Positions 7,378 through 15,197 of a DNA stretch of 34,705 bases are shown here, one piece after another. Source of the DNA: a virus (lineage: Duplodnaviria > Caudoviricetes); IMG/VR virus record IMGVR_UViG_3300020045_021233, positions 1 through 34,705 of that record. The stretch is one strand, 5' to 3'. The position numbers and the translations under genes are program-made. Position 1 is the first letter of the stretch, and every line of letters begins with the position of its first letter. A model generated the notes under the pieces. It ran no database searches, was not told where the DNA came from, and saw only the letters and a program-made list of their open reading frames with translations.

Positions 7378-7562
7378 AGAAATTATTAGCACAAATTATA
7401 TTGATATTTCTACTTGCTTTTTCTGCAACATTACTTCTTGAAATTAATCTCATATCTAAAAATTGGCTTCGATACGGATTAGTAATAATTATTACTTTTT
7501 TTATTTTGATAACAGGAGTTTTTCATGTAATTGACGAAGTTAAAAAATTAAATAAAAAATAA
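7374..7562 (+). CDS. Small two-TM membrane protein
   Basis: Two hydrophobic stretches; ATGA-type overlap. Confidence 0.6.
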   Translation: MKKLLAQIILIFLLAFSATLLLEINLISKNWLRYGLVIIITFFILITGVFHVIDEVKKLNKK

Positions 7563-7564
7563 AA

Positions 7565-7717
7565 ATGTCTGAAAAATTAAAAACTAACAACCTTAAGCAA
7601 GCAATCGCATCACTTCCGAATCCGAAAACCTATAATGCAAAAGTCGTTTCACTTGCAGTTAAAAATATAACTTATACCTTTGAGAAAATTAACGACGAAT
7701 GGTATTTTAAATTTTAA
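7565..7717 (+). CDS. Hypothetical protein (50 aa, MSEKLKTNNLKQAIASLP...), not in ORF track
   Basis: Starts 2 nt after previous stop; open to TAA 7717. Confidence 0.5.
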   Translation: MSEKLKTNNLKQAIASLPNPKTYNAKVVSLAVKNITYTFEKINDEWYFKF

Positions 7718-7735
7718 TCTAATATAAAAACAAAT

Positions 7736-8008
7736 ATGTCAAATACATCACAATCACTTATAAAGAAAATTGTAGTAACTTTTCAAGATGATCAAGAAGT
7801 TATTATTGAAAATGAATTTACGATTTTATCTCAAATAGCTGGTATTACAAACATTCCTAATTTTGATTATAAAGTAAACGGACCAGGTTCTCAAAAAGTA
7901 AAAACTGAAAATGGTATCTTTTTTATTATTTCTGGTAAAAATCAAAATATTGTTAATGAATTGAATTCAGATATAGTAGAAGAAATTAAAAGTAGAGTTC
8001 AATTTTAA
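7736..8008 (+). CDS. Hypothetical protein (90 aa)
   Basis: ORF in operon context. Confidence 0.6.
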   Translation: MSNTSQSLIKKIVVTFQDDQEVIIENEFTILSQIAGITNIPNFDYKVNGPGSQKVKTENGIFFIISGKNQNIVNELNSDIVEEIKSRVQF

Positions 8009-8027
8009 TTAAAATTTTACTTTCTTC

Positions 8028-8077
8028 ATTAAGTTGAATTATTCAACCATTTAAAAAGCACCGCAAAACTATTTTTA
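8028..8077 (+). promoter_or_regulatory. Putative activator-dependent late promoter, copy 1 (upstream of portal)
   Basis: ATTAAGTTGAATTATTCAACCATT (8028-8051; palindromic core GTTGAAT-T-ATTCAAC), with TATTTTTA -7-like box at 8070. Confidence 0.65.
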
Positions 8078-8098
8078 CACTTTAAATACATAAGTGTA

Positions 8099-9316
8099 AT
8101 GAGTTTAAACGGTGCTTTTTCTGAAATGTTTGCTACCAATAAGCGTGCAAAAGTCACTAACGAAAGTGTTTTCGGTGGTTTTGGTTCGCTTTTTAATTGG
8201 GGTAATACAGGTGGAAGTTCTATAAACTATAAATCTTCACTTAAACTTTCGGCTTTCTACAATGGTGTAGATCAAATATCTAATGATATAGCCAAAATCC
8301 CTTTTGGAATTTACCGCAAAGATGGTCAAAACCGTGTTTCTGTAAATGAACATCCTGCATTTAATATAGTTTCTGGTGAACCAAATATGCTAATGACATC
8401 GTTTACTTTTCGTAAAACGATGGCTATATCAACTATTATTCGTGGTAATGGATTAGCTAAAGTTAATACTGTAAATGGTTTTCCTACAACAGCCGATTAT
8501 ATCGATTGGGATAGAGTAAAAGACATCCGTATTAAATCTGGTCAACTTGTTTACGATGTACAAGGTTATGATAAACCTTTACTAGCTTCGGAAGTACTTC
8601 ACTTTAAAAACTTTTCTCATAATGGTATTACTGGTGTTGGTGTAATTACTTATGCAGCACAGCAGTTAAATCTTGCAATAGAAGTGCAAACATTTACTGC
8701 AACAAATTTTGAGAATAAAGGTGTGCGTCAAGGTGTTATCGAAACCGACAAAGTTGTTTCTTCTGGTAAAGAAAAAATTATTGGTGGATGGAAAACTGCA
8801 ATGCAAGAAAAATCGCCAGATAGAATTGTGGTTTTAGATGATGGATTGAAATTTAAACCAATCAACATAACACCACAAGAAGCGCAAATAATTGAGCAAA
8901 GCCGTTTTTCTGTAGAAGATATTGCGCGTTGGTTAAACATTGCGCCGCACAAAATTAAATCGTTGCAGCAATCTACAAACAATAACATTGAGCAACAATC
9001 ACTAGATCATGTTTCAGATACAATTCAACCGTATGTAACCAATTGGGAACAAGAATACGCAATGAAATTGTTTAACGATACCGAAAAGAAATCGGGTTTC
9101 TACGTTCGTGGAAATATCGATGTTTTACTGCGTGCCGACATTAAGTCGAGAGGTGAATATTTGTCTAAAATGGTTTCTTCTGGAATTTTTAACAGAAATG
9201 AAGCGCGCCGAAAAGAAGATATGAATGATGGACCAGAATTATTGAATGAGTTTTTAACTCCAGTAAATCAGTTCACAGAAAAACAAATTGAAAACAATCT
9301 TAATTCTAAGGAATAA
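8099..9316 (+). CDS. Portal protein, HK97 family
   Basis: ISNDIAKIPF, EPN..MTSF.F, RGNG, EVLHFK, QIIEQSRFSVEDIARWLNIAP, NEAR. Confidence 0.95.
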   Translation: MSLNGAFSEMFATNKRAKVTNESVFGGFGSLFNWGNTGGSSINYKSSLKLSAFYNGVDQISNDIAKIPFGIYRKDGQNRVSVNEHPAFNIVSGEPNMLMTSFTFRKTMAISTIIRGNGLAKVNTVNGFPTTADYIDWDRVKDIRIKSGQLVYDVQGYDKPLLASEVLHFKNFSHNGITGVGVITYAAQQLNLAIEVQTFTATNFENKGVRQGVIETDKVVSSGKEKIIGGWKTAMQEKSPDRIVVLDDGLKFKPINITPQEAQIIEQSRFSVEDIARWLNIAPHKIKSLQQSTNNNIEQQSLDHVSDTIQPYVTNWEQEYAMKLFNDTEKKSGFYVRGNIDVLLRADIKSRGEYLSKMVSSGIFNRNEARRKEDMNDGPELLNEFLTPVNQFTEKQIENNLNSKE

Positions 9317-9984
9317 TGGAAAATCAAGATTATATAAAAACATTGAGCGAAAGTGCCGAACGTAGATTTTTTACGTCCGAAGTTCGCGCTGTAGTTCCTG
9401 ATGATGCAAACGATAACACAGGATCAGTTATTGAAGGTTACGCTGCTAAATTTAACAGTGAAACCGAAATTGGATATTACTATAAATTCCGCGAAAAAAT
9501 TCTTCCTGGTGCGTTCGACGATGTATTGAATGATGATGTAAGATGCTTGTTTAATCACAATCCAAATTTTTGTTTGGCACGTTCAAATAATGGTCAAGGA
9601 ACTTTGACTTTATCTGTAGATAGTATTGGTTTAAAATATTCTTACAAAACGCCAAACAGACAATATGCCAAAGATCTAGAAGATGCAATTGCTACTGGCG
9701 ATATTTCACAATCTTCTTTTGCCTTCGATATTGCTGAAGAAACTTGGACTGAAATCGATGGCGAAATTGCAACACGTGATATTGTAAAGTTCAAACGTCT
9801 TTATGATGTTGCTCCAGTTACATATCCAGCTTATGCTGATACAGAAGTTGCAAAACGTAGTTTGGATGCATTCAAAGAAAAAAATAAAAATATCGATGTT
9901 ACGGACGAAATAGAAGTTCGTGGATCTAACAATAAAGAGCTCGATGCTTTTGATGCTCAAATTATTATTAACTCAAATTTATAA
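9316..9984 (+). CDS. Prohead protease, HK97 family
   Basis: IEGYAAKFNS, FREKILPGAF, LFNH, GDISQSSFAF, LYDVAPVTYPAY. Confidence 0.95.
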   Translation: MENQDYIKTLSESAERRFFTSEVRAVVPDDANDNTGSVIEGYAAKFNSETEIGYYYKFREKILPGAFDDVLNDDVRCLFNHNPNFCLARSNNGQGTLTLSVDSIGLKYSYKTPNRQYAKDLEDAIATGDISQSSFAFDIAEETWTEIDGEIATRDIVKFKRLYDVAPVTYPAYADTEVAKRSLDAFKEKNKNIDVTDEIEVRGSNNKELDAFDAQIIINSNL

Positions 9985-9990
9985 AAGAAG

Positions 9991-11292
9991 ATGAAAAAGT
10001 CTGATTTATTTAAGCAACAACGAGCTCAAAAGATTGAGGCTCAAAAAGCGTTGCACACAAAAGCCGAAGGCGAAAAAAGAAATCTGAATGAAACTGAAAC
10101 TGCTGAATTCCGTGGTTTACAAGTTGAAATCGATACTTTGTCTGCGCAAATTACCGATGCATTAGCTTACGAAGAAAATCTTCGTTCGTTAGAAGGATCA
10201 GAAGGAACTGATTTTAAACCGGAAAATCCAGAAGGAAAAGAAGGTAAAAAAACAAGAAAAGCTTATTCATTAGCTGCACATATTCGTGGTGCAATGGGTG
10301 GAAAACTTACTGGTGCTGAACTTGAAGCACAGCAAAAAGGTGTTGCCGAACGTCAAGCGCGTGGTTTAGAAGTAAACGAAAAAGCGGTTTACATTCCAGA
10401 GGAATTAATGACTAGAGCAGCGCAACAAACAGTTACGCAAGATTCTGGTGAATATGGTGGCCAATTAGTGAGTGATGCTGCACCAAGATTGATTGATGGT
10501 TTTATGCCAAAATTATTTTTGGAAGATCTAGGTGCTAATGTTTGGACTGGTTTATCTGGTGGTGACATTCCTTTACCGGTTTCTTCAAATTATACTTTCG
10601 AGTGGTTGGAAGAAGGTGAAAGTATTACTGGTCAAAAACAAAAGTTTGTTGGTCCAAAATTATCACCAAAACGTGCTGGTGCGTTAGTGTCTATCACTAA
10701 AAAACTATTAATGCAAACTTCTATTGATGTAGAAGCTACAATTAGAAAGAGATTGCAAGATGGAATTCGTAGAACATTGGAAGGTGTTGCTATTCAAGGT
10801 TTAGCAGTAAACAACGAGCCAGTTGGTATTTTAAATACAGTTGGAGTTTCTGCTTCGGCAAATCAAACGTCTGCAGGTGCTGCAACGTATGCTAATGTAG
10901 TTGAATTGCAAGGATTGGTTGAAGATGCTGATGCAACAGAAATCTCTTTAGGGTATTTATGTAATCCTAAATTACGTGCTAAAATGAAAACTATTTCAAA
11001 AGGTACGGATATGGGTGGAGCAATTTGCCAAAATGGATTAATCGATGGTATGTCAACAGTTTCAACTTCATTAGTGAAGAAAATTGCTGGAACTCCTGAT
11101 ACGTATCCGTTGATTTATGGTGACTTCTCACAACTTTATGTTGGTGTTTGGGGTGGAATAGAAATTATTGTTGATGCAGTATCTACAGAAGCAGCTTCGA
11201 AAGCGTCTGTGAATTTAATCATCAACATGGAAGCAGATGTTCAAATTGCAAATCCAAAAGCGTTTGCAAAAAACAACTTCATGACTGCGTAA
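9991..11292 (+). CDS. Major capsid protein, HK97 fold with N-terminal delta domain
   Basis: Coiled-coil N-terminus, GGQLV, WLEEG, LSPKR.GA, EPVGILN, GDFSQL.VGVWGG. Confidence 0.93.
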   Translation: MKKSDLFKQQRAQKIEAQKALHTKAEGEKRNLNETETAEFRGLQVEIDTLSAQITDALAYEENLRSLEGSEGTDFKPENPEGKEGKKTRKAYSLAAHIRGAMGGKLTGAELEAQQKGVAERQARGLEVNEKAVYIPEELMTRAAQQTVTQDSGEYGGQLVSDAAPRLIDGFMPKLFLEDLGANVWTGLSGGDIPLPVSSNYTFEWLEEGESITGQKQKFVGPKLSPKRAGALVSITKKLLMQTSIDVEATIRKRLQDGIRRTLEGVAIQGLAVNNEPVGILNTVGVSASANQTSAGAATYANVVELQGLVEDADATEISLGYLCNPKLRAKMKTISKGTDMGGAICQNGLIDGMSTVSTSLVKKIAGTPDTYPLIYGDFSQLYVGVWGGIEIIVDAVSTEAASKASVNLIINMEADVQIANPKAFAKNNFMTA

Positions 11293-11305
11293 TAAATTAT
11301 AAATC

Positions 11306-11334
11306 AAGGAAAAGAGTTTCGGCTCTTTTCCTTT
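11306..11334 (+). terminator. Intrinsic terminator after capsid gene
   Basis: aaggaaaagag-tttcgg-ctcttttcctt hairpin. Confidence 0.75.
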
Positions 11335-11348
11335 AATTAAAATAAATC

Positions 11349-11582
11349 ATGGCAAAGAAAGTAAAAATACTTGCATTACTACCATTACTAGCTTTTGGAC
11401 TTCCTCAAAGTGAAGGTCAAGTTGCTGAAGTAGAAAAAAAACAAGCTGATGAAATGATTGAAGCTGGTTATGCTGAATTGTATGTTGCTTCTAAAAAAGC
11501 AGATACTTCAGAAGATGTTGAAGAAGAAGTTTCTGATGAAAATGTTGTAGAAGAAACTTCTGATGAAGTAACTGAAAAGTAA
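11349..11582 (+). CDS. Small head-associated protein with acidic tail
   Basis: Position after capsid; G.V.EV....A..MIEAGYAE motif. Confidence 0.6.
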   Translation: MAKKVKILALLPLLAFGLPQSEGQVAEVEKKQADEMIEAGYAELYVASKKADTSEDVEEEVSDENVVEETSDEVTEK

Positions 11583-11599
11583 TATTAAATAACAATCCA

Positions 11600-12160
11600 A
11601 TGGTAAAGCATTTTTATACAGAAGTTACAGCACAAACTCCTTTACTTACTTTAGAAGAAGGTAAAAAACATTTAAGAGTTGATGCCGAGTTTACCGATGA
11701 AGATACATTAATTGAATCCTACATTGATTCTGCACAAGTAGCTTGTCAAGATTTTATTAATAGATCTATTGCCGAAAGAACTTTTGTGATGGAACTTGAT
11801 AGTTTCACATCACCAATTACTTTCGAACGCAATTATGAAAATGATGTTATCACAAAGATTGAGTATTATGCTCCAGGTGATGAAGAACTAACAGTTCTAG
11901 AAGCGTCTGAATATCAGTTAAGAAAATCTAATGTTGCTGAATGTTTCGATATAAAATTTAAATCGCTTCCAGAAACTGAAAAACGTGATGATGCTGTAAT
12001 TATTACAGTCGCACAAGGTTTTGATGCTGATGCATGTCCAACACCAATTTTGCAAGCTATAAAATTAAGACTTTCGGCTTTCTATGATTATCGTGAAGAT
12101 CGTCCACAAGGTTTTGATACAGCTTCTAATAATTTACTTCGTCCTTACAGAAAATACTAG
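11600..12160 (+). CDS. Head-tail connector (HK97 gp6-like)
   Basis: LTLEEGKKHLRVD...EDTLIESYI.SA...; P.PILQAI.L....YDYRE; LLRPYR. Confidence 0.9.
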   Translation: MVKHFYTEVTAQTPLLTLEEGKKHLRVDAEFTDEDTLIESYIDSAQVACQDFINRSIAERTFVMELDSFTSPITFERNYENDVITKIEYYAPGDEELTVLEASEYQLRKSNVAECFDIKFKSLPETEKRDDAVIITVAQGFDADACPTPILQAIKLRLSAFYDYREDRPQGFDTASNNLLRPYRKY

Positions 12161-12162
12161 TC

Positions 12163-12498
12163 ATGGAAGCCAAAAAGCCTTTTATCGGTTCGTTAGATAG
12201 AAAAGTGCAAATAATTCAATTTGTAACAACTAAAAACGAGGTTAACGAAAAGATTACAACGCAAGAAGTAATTCTAGAACCTATGGCAAAAATGGAAGAT
12301 GTTTCTGGTACTGAAGATGTAGAAGGAAAAGTTAGATACATAGTAACTAGAAAATATTCTATTCGTTGGAATAGTCAAGTTGCAACATTAAAGAATAAGC
12401 TAGCCGTTAAAGATGGTGAAAAGTTATTCGATGTGATAAATGTAGTAGAGATTGGTAGGAAGTCGCATTTAATGCTAATGGTGAGAAATTATGAATAA
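12163..12498 (+). CDS. Head closure / head-tail adaptor (SPP1 gp16-like)
   Basis: IGSLDRKVQI..., FDVINV.EIGRK.HL; synteny. Confidence 0.8.
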   Translation: MEAKKPFIGSLDRKVQIIQFVTTKNEVNEKITTQEVILEPMAKMEDVSGTEDVEGKVRYIVTRKYSIRWNSQVATLKNKLAVKDGEKLFDVINVVEIGRKSHLMLMVRNYE

Positions 12499-13033
12499 TA
12501 TTACTGTTACCGGATTTCCGCAACTTCGTGAGAAGATAAAGGAATTAGCTAATGATAAAGATAAGAAAAAAGAAGTTTTACTTATCCTACGTCAAGTAGC
12601 ACGGCCAACATTAATAGCTTCCAAAAATGCATCACCGGTAAGTCGAAAGTCACATATTGCTAGAGGTAAAAAAATCGAACCTGGTAACCTTAAAAAGTCA
12701 CTTGGAATGATTACTTCTAAGTCACAGAATCCAACAATATTAGTTGGACCACGTGTTAAAAATGGCAATCAAGGTTGGTATGGTCATATGGTACACGATG
12801 GACATGATATATATCGTAATCCTGGAAATGTAAATAAGACTTTAAAAAGCGGACGTAAAAAATCGGTTTTGGCGCGAGTTACCAATAAAAGAAAAGGAAG
12901 TGTTGCTGGTAGAGTAGAAGGAATACCTTTTATGGATATAGCTTATGCACAAACGAAAGGAACGGTAACCGCCGATGCCGAAAAAAAAGTAGCTGCATTT
13001 ATGCAACGTAGAATTAATAGATTAAGTAATTAA
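12491..13033 (+). CDS. HK97 gp10-like tail completion protein
   Basis: ITVTGF.QL, GNLKKS, WYGHMV, PFMD.A; synteny. Confidence 0.75.
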   Translation: MNNITVTGFPQLREKIKELANDKDKKKEVLLILRQVARPTLIASKNASPVSRKSHIARGKKIEPGNLKKSLGMITSKSQNPTILVGPRVKNGNQGWYGHMVHDGHDIYRNPGNVNKTLKSGRKKSVLARVTNKRKGSVAGRVEGIPFMDIAYAQTKGTVTADAEKKVAAFMQRRINRLSN

Positions 13034-13035
13034 AG

Positions 13036-13377
13036 ATGTTTGAATTAAGTAAAGAAATTACCGAAGTTCTTTTAGCTAGTTCGGTTTTTACAGATGTAAT
13101 GTCCGAAAGGTTGGCTCCAGTAGTTTCTTCTGTAGATGAAACTTATCCTTTCACTAATTATTTAATTCAACAACAATCTGGTCAAAGTAAAGATGGTTCT
13201 GCTTTTTCAGTTAGTCTACTTTGCTACTTCGAAAATGAAAAATACCAAGATTGTGTAATGTTTCTGGATCAGTTAAAACCAGTAATTGAAGAAAATTACG
13301 ATTGGGAATCTTCTACTGTAGAATTTGTAGAAAGTGATCAATCATTTGTTGGAATTATTAACTTTAATAAATTATAG
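13036..13377 (+). CDS. Putative tail terminator
   Basis: Synteny before tail tube; P...YPFTNY motif. Confidence 0.6.
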   Translation: MFELSKEITEVLLASSVFTDVMSERLAPVVSSVDETYPFTNYLIQQQSGQSKDGSAFSVSLLCYFENEKYQDCVMFLDQLKPVIEENYDWESSTVEFVESDQSFVGIINFNKL

Positions 13378-13382
13378 AAATT

Positions 13383-13802
13383 ATGGCTGGAAATACTTAT
13401 GCCGGAAAAAATCTAAGAATTAGAATTGATGGAAAAACAGTTTTCCATGCTACAGAATGTTCGTTCACTACTTCTAGAAGTATGGAATCTATTGCTTCAA
13501 AAGATACGAATGGTGAACAAGTTACACCAGGTAACTACACTTGGAGTGTTTCAACTAACTTTTTAGTTGCCAATATTCCTACAGCTTCTACAACTCAAGT
13601 TGGGACTAAGCAAATCTTAGATACTTACCAAGCCGGAACTGAAGTAGAAGTTCAATTTACAACAGAAATTGTTGGTGATGTAGTTATTACTGGTCAAGCG
13701 TATATTGAAGGTATTAATATGTCGGCGCCAACTAACGGTGTTGCTACTGGAGATAGTTCGTTTAAAGGAAACGGCGATTTCGTAACTGAAGTTGTTGTAT
13801 AA
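13383..13802 (+). CDS. Major tail (tube) protein
   Basis: GKNLRI, HATECSF, SKDT, WSVS, GQAYIE...SAP..G.AT....FKGNG. Confidence 0.85.
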   Translation: MAGNTYAGKNLRIRIDGKTVFHATECSFTTSRSMESIASKDTNGEQVTPGNYTWSVSTNFLVANIPTASTTQVGTKQILDTYQAGTEVEVQFTTEIVGDVVITGQAYIEGINMSAPTNGVATGDSSFKGNGDFVTEVVV

Positions 13803-14149
13803 TGAATGATTTACAATTAAAATTAGGTTCTAAAAGTTTCAAGCTAAAATTTGGCTTGAAACTTTTAAGAATTCTTGGTGAAAAATGGAAGTTACCAGGA
13901 ATAAATGAAGTGGTAGCAAAAATTTCAATTCTAGATCAAGCTAATTCTAATCTAACGTTTGAGCAGTTAGATGTTCTAGAAGATTTAATTTGTGTAGCTA
14001 TTCACGCTGGTGGACATGATTATTCAGAATTGAAAGATATTGAAATCATTGATGAGTTTTTTAAAGATCCATATGCGTTACAAGATTTAACTAGACAGTT
14101 AATTGAATCTTTACCGCAGCAGCAACCCGATGAAAATCTGGGAAAGTAG
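13802..14149 (+). CDS. Tail assembly chaperone (G-like)
   Basis: After tail tube; ends ...ENLGK* on GGGAAAG slippery site. Confidence 0.8.
   Translation: MNDLQLKLGSKSFKLKFGLKLLRILGEKWKLPGINEVVAKISILDQANSNLTFEQLDVLEDLICVAIHAGGHDYSELKDIEIIDEFFKDPYALQDLTRQLIESLPQQQPDENLGK
14140..14146 (+). other. Programmed -1 ribosomal frameshift site G GGA AAG
   Basis: Same heptamer as lambda G/T; -1 frame open (VENGDKTEIVVNLTWDQ) into ORF 14182..14529. Confidence 0.85.
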
Positions 14150-14529
14150 AAAACGGTGACAAAACCGAAATAGTTGTTAATTTGACTTGGGATCAAATGG
14201 AAGAAATTGCATTTGGCGAAATGAGAATGACTTTTGATGAGTTTTATAATTTAACGCCTCGAAGTTTTTCTAATGCAGTTAACGGTTATAGAAAAAAAGA
14301 AGAAACGTTAAGTCGAGAACGTTTTATGATTATGCGAAAATTAATGTTTGCATCATTAAAACCTTATTCTTCTAGTGGTTTTGTAGAAACCGATATAATG
14401 GAATTTCCTTGGGAAGAAAAAATACTCAAAGAATTATCTGAAGAAAAAGCAGCTCAAGCATTAATTGATATAGAAAATATAGAAAATTTCTGGAAAAAAT
14501 ACGACGATAAAAAAGTTGGTAAAGCATAA
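14146..14529 (+). CDS. Tail assembly chaperone frameshift extension (GT-like)
   Basis: FGEMRMTFDEFYNLTPRSF...GY, FPWE; in -1 frame of upstream gene. Confidence 0.8.
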   Translation, partial: VENGDKTEIVVNLTWDQMEEIAFGEMRMTFDEFYNLTPRSFSNAVNGYRKKEETLSRERFMIMRKLMFASLKPYSSSGFVETDIMEFPWEEKILKELSEEKAAQALIDIENIENFWKKYDDKKVGKA

Positions 14530-14564
14530 ATTTTGTTTATTTAGTTTGGTAAATTGATTGGTGG

Positions 14565-14593
14565 AAACCTTAGTGTAATGCTAAGGTTTTTTT
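14565..14593 (+). terminator. Intrinsic terminator
   Basis: aaaccttag-tgtaatg-ctaaggttt followed by T run. Confidence 0.75.
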
Positions 14594-14643
14594 ATTAAGT
14601 TGAATTATTCAACCATTAAACATAAATGTTAATTCTATTTTCG
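14594..14643 (+). promoter_or_regulatory. Putative late promoter, copy 2
   Basis: Identical 24-mer (14594-14617); TATTTTCG at 14636, same offset as copy 1. Confidence 0.65.
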
Positions 14644-14666
14644 AGTTCTAAATAATAATTTAAATT

Positions 14667-15056
14667 ATGAAAACAATGAAAAATCTTAAATTCCTATTTG
14701 TTGCATTATTTGCAATCTTTAGTTTATCGATGTTTGCATCGGTTGAAGTCAAGAAAATTGACAAAAACAATTTGACAGAATTTGTCAAAACACAAAATGT
14801 AATTGTATCACAAATTACACCTTCAGTTTTATTCCAGGAAGCAAATTTAAATTTCGTCCAGAAGGATCTAATTTTTACGAATTCCAATCAAACTAAAAGG
14901 GATGTAATTCTTGAAAAATCTTTTTATCTAGAAACTATTACTTATCGATTCAGTGATAATTATAAACAGATAAAAATGCCGAAAAGTAATTACGTTATTG
15001 ACAAACAGAAAATTCTTTATGATAAAGGAATTCTGTATAATCATCTTCAAATTTAA
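14667..15056 (+). CDS. Moron-like exported protein with Sec signal peptide
   Basis: MKNLKFLFVALFAIFSLSMFA signal; sits between tail chaperone and tape measure, bracketed by duplicated terminator and promoter. Confidence 0.65.
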   Translation: MKTMKNLKFLFVALFAIFSLSMFASVEVKKIDKNNLTEFVKTQNVIVSQITPSVLFQEANLNFVQKDLIFTNSNQTKRDVILEKSFYLETITYRFSDNYKQIKMPKSNYVIDKQKILYDKGILYNHLQI

Positions 15057-15092
15057 TATTGTAGTTTGTTAATTTGGTTTATAGGTTAGTTG

Positions 15093-15123
15093 AAAACCTT
15101 AGCGTTACGCTAAGGTTTTTTTT
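15093..15123 (+). terminator. Intrinsic terminator
   Basis: aaaaccttagcg-tta-cgctaaggtttt plus T run. Confidence 0.8.
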
Positions 15124-15173
15124 ATTAAGTTGAATTATTCAACCATTTTAACAAGGTCGTGAAAGTACTTTTA
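15124..15173 (+). promoter_or_regulatory. Putative late promoter, copy 3 (upstream of tape measure)
   Basis: Identical 24-mer (15124-15147); TACTTTTA at 15166, same offset. Confidence 0.65.
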
Positions 15174-15197
15174 AACCTTACAAAAAAGTAGTTTTTC

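Noticed and set aside
8028-15147. 24-nt palindromic repeats as CRISPR repeats
   Set aside because: Only three copies, hundreds to thousands of nt apart, with no spacer array or cas genes
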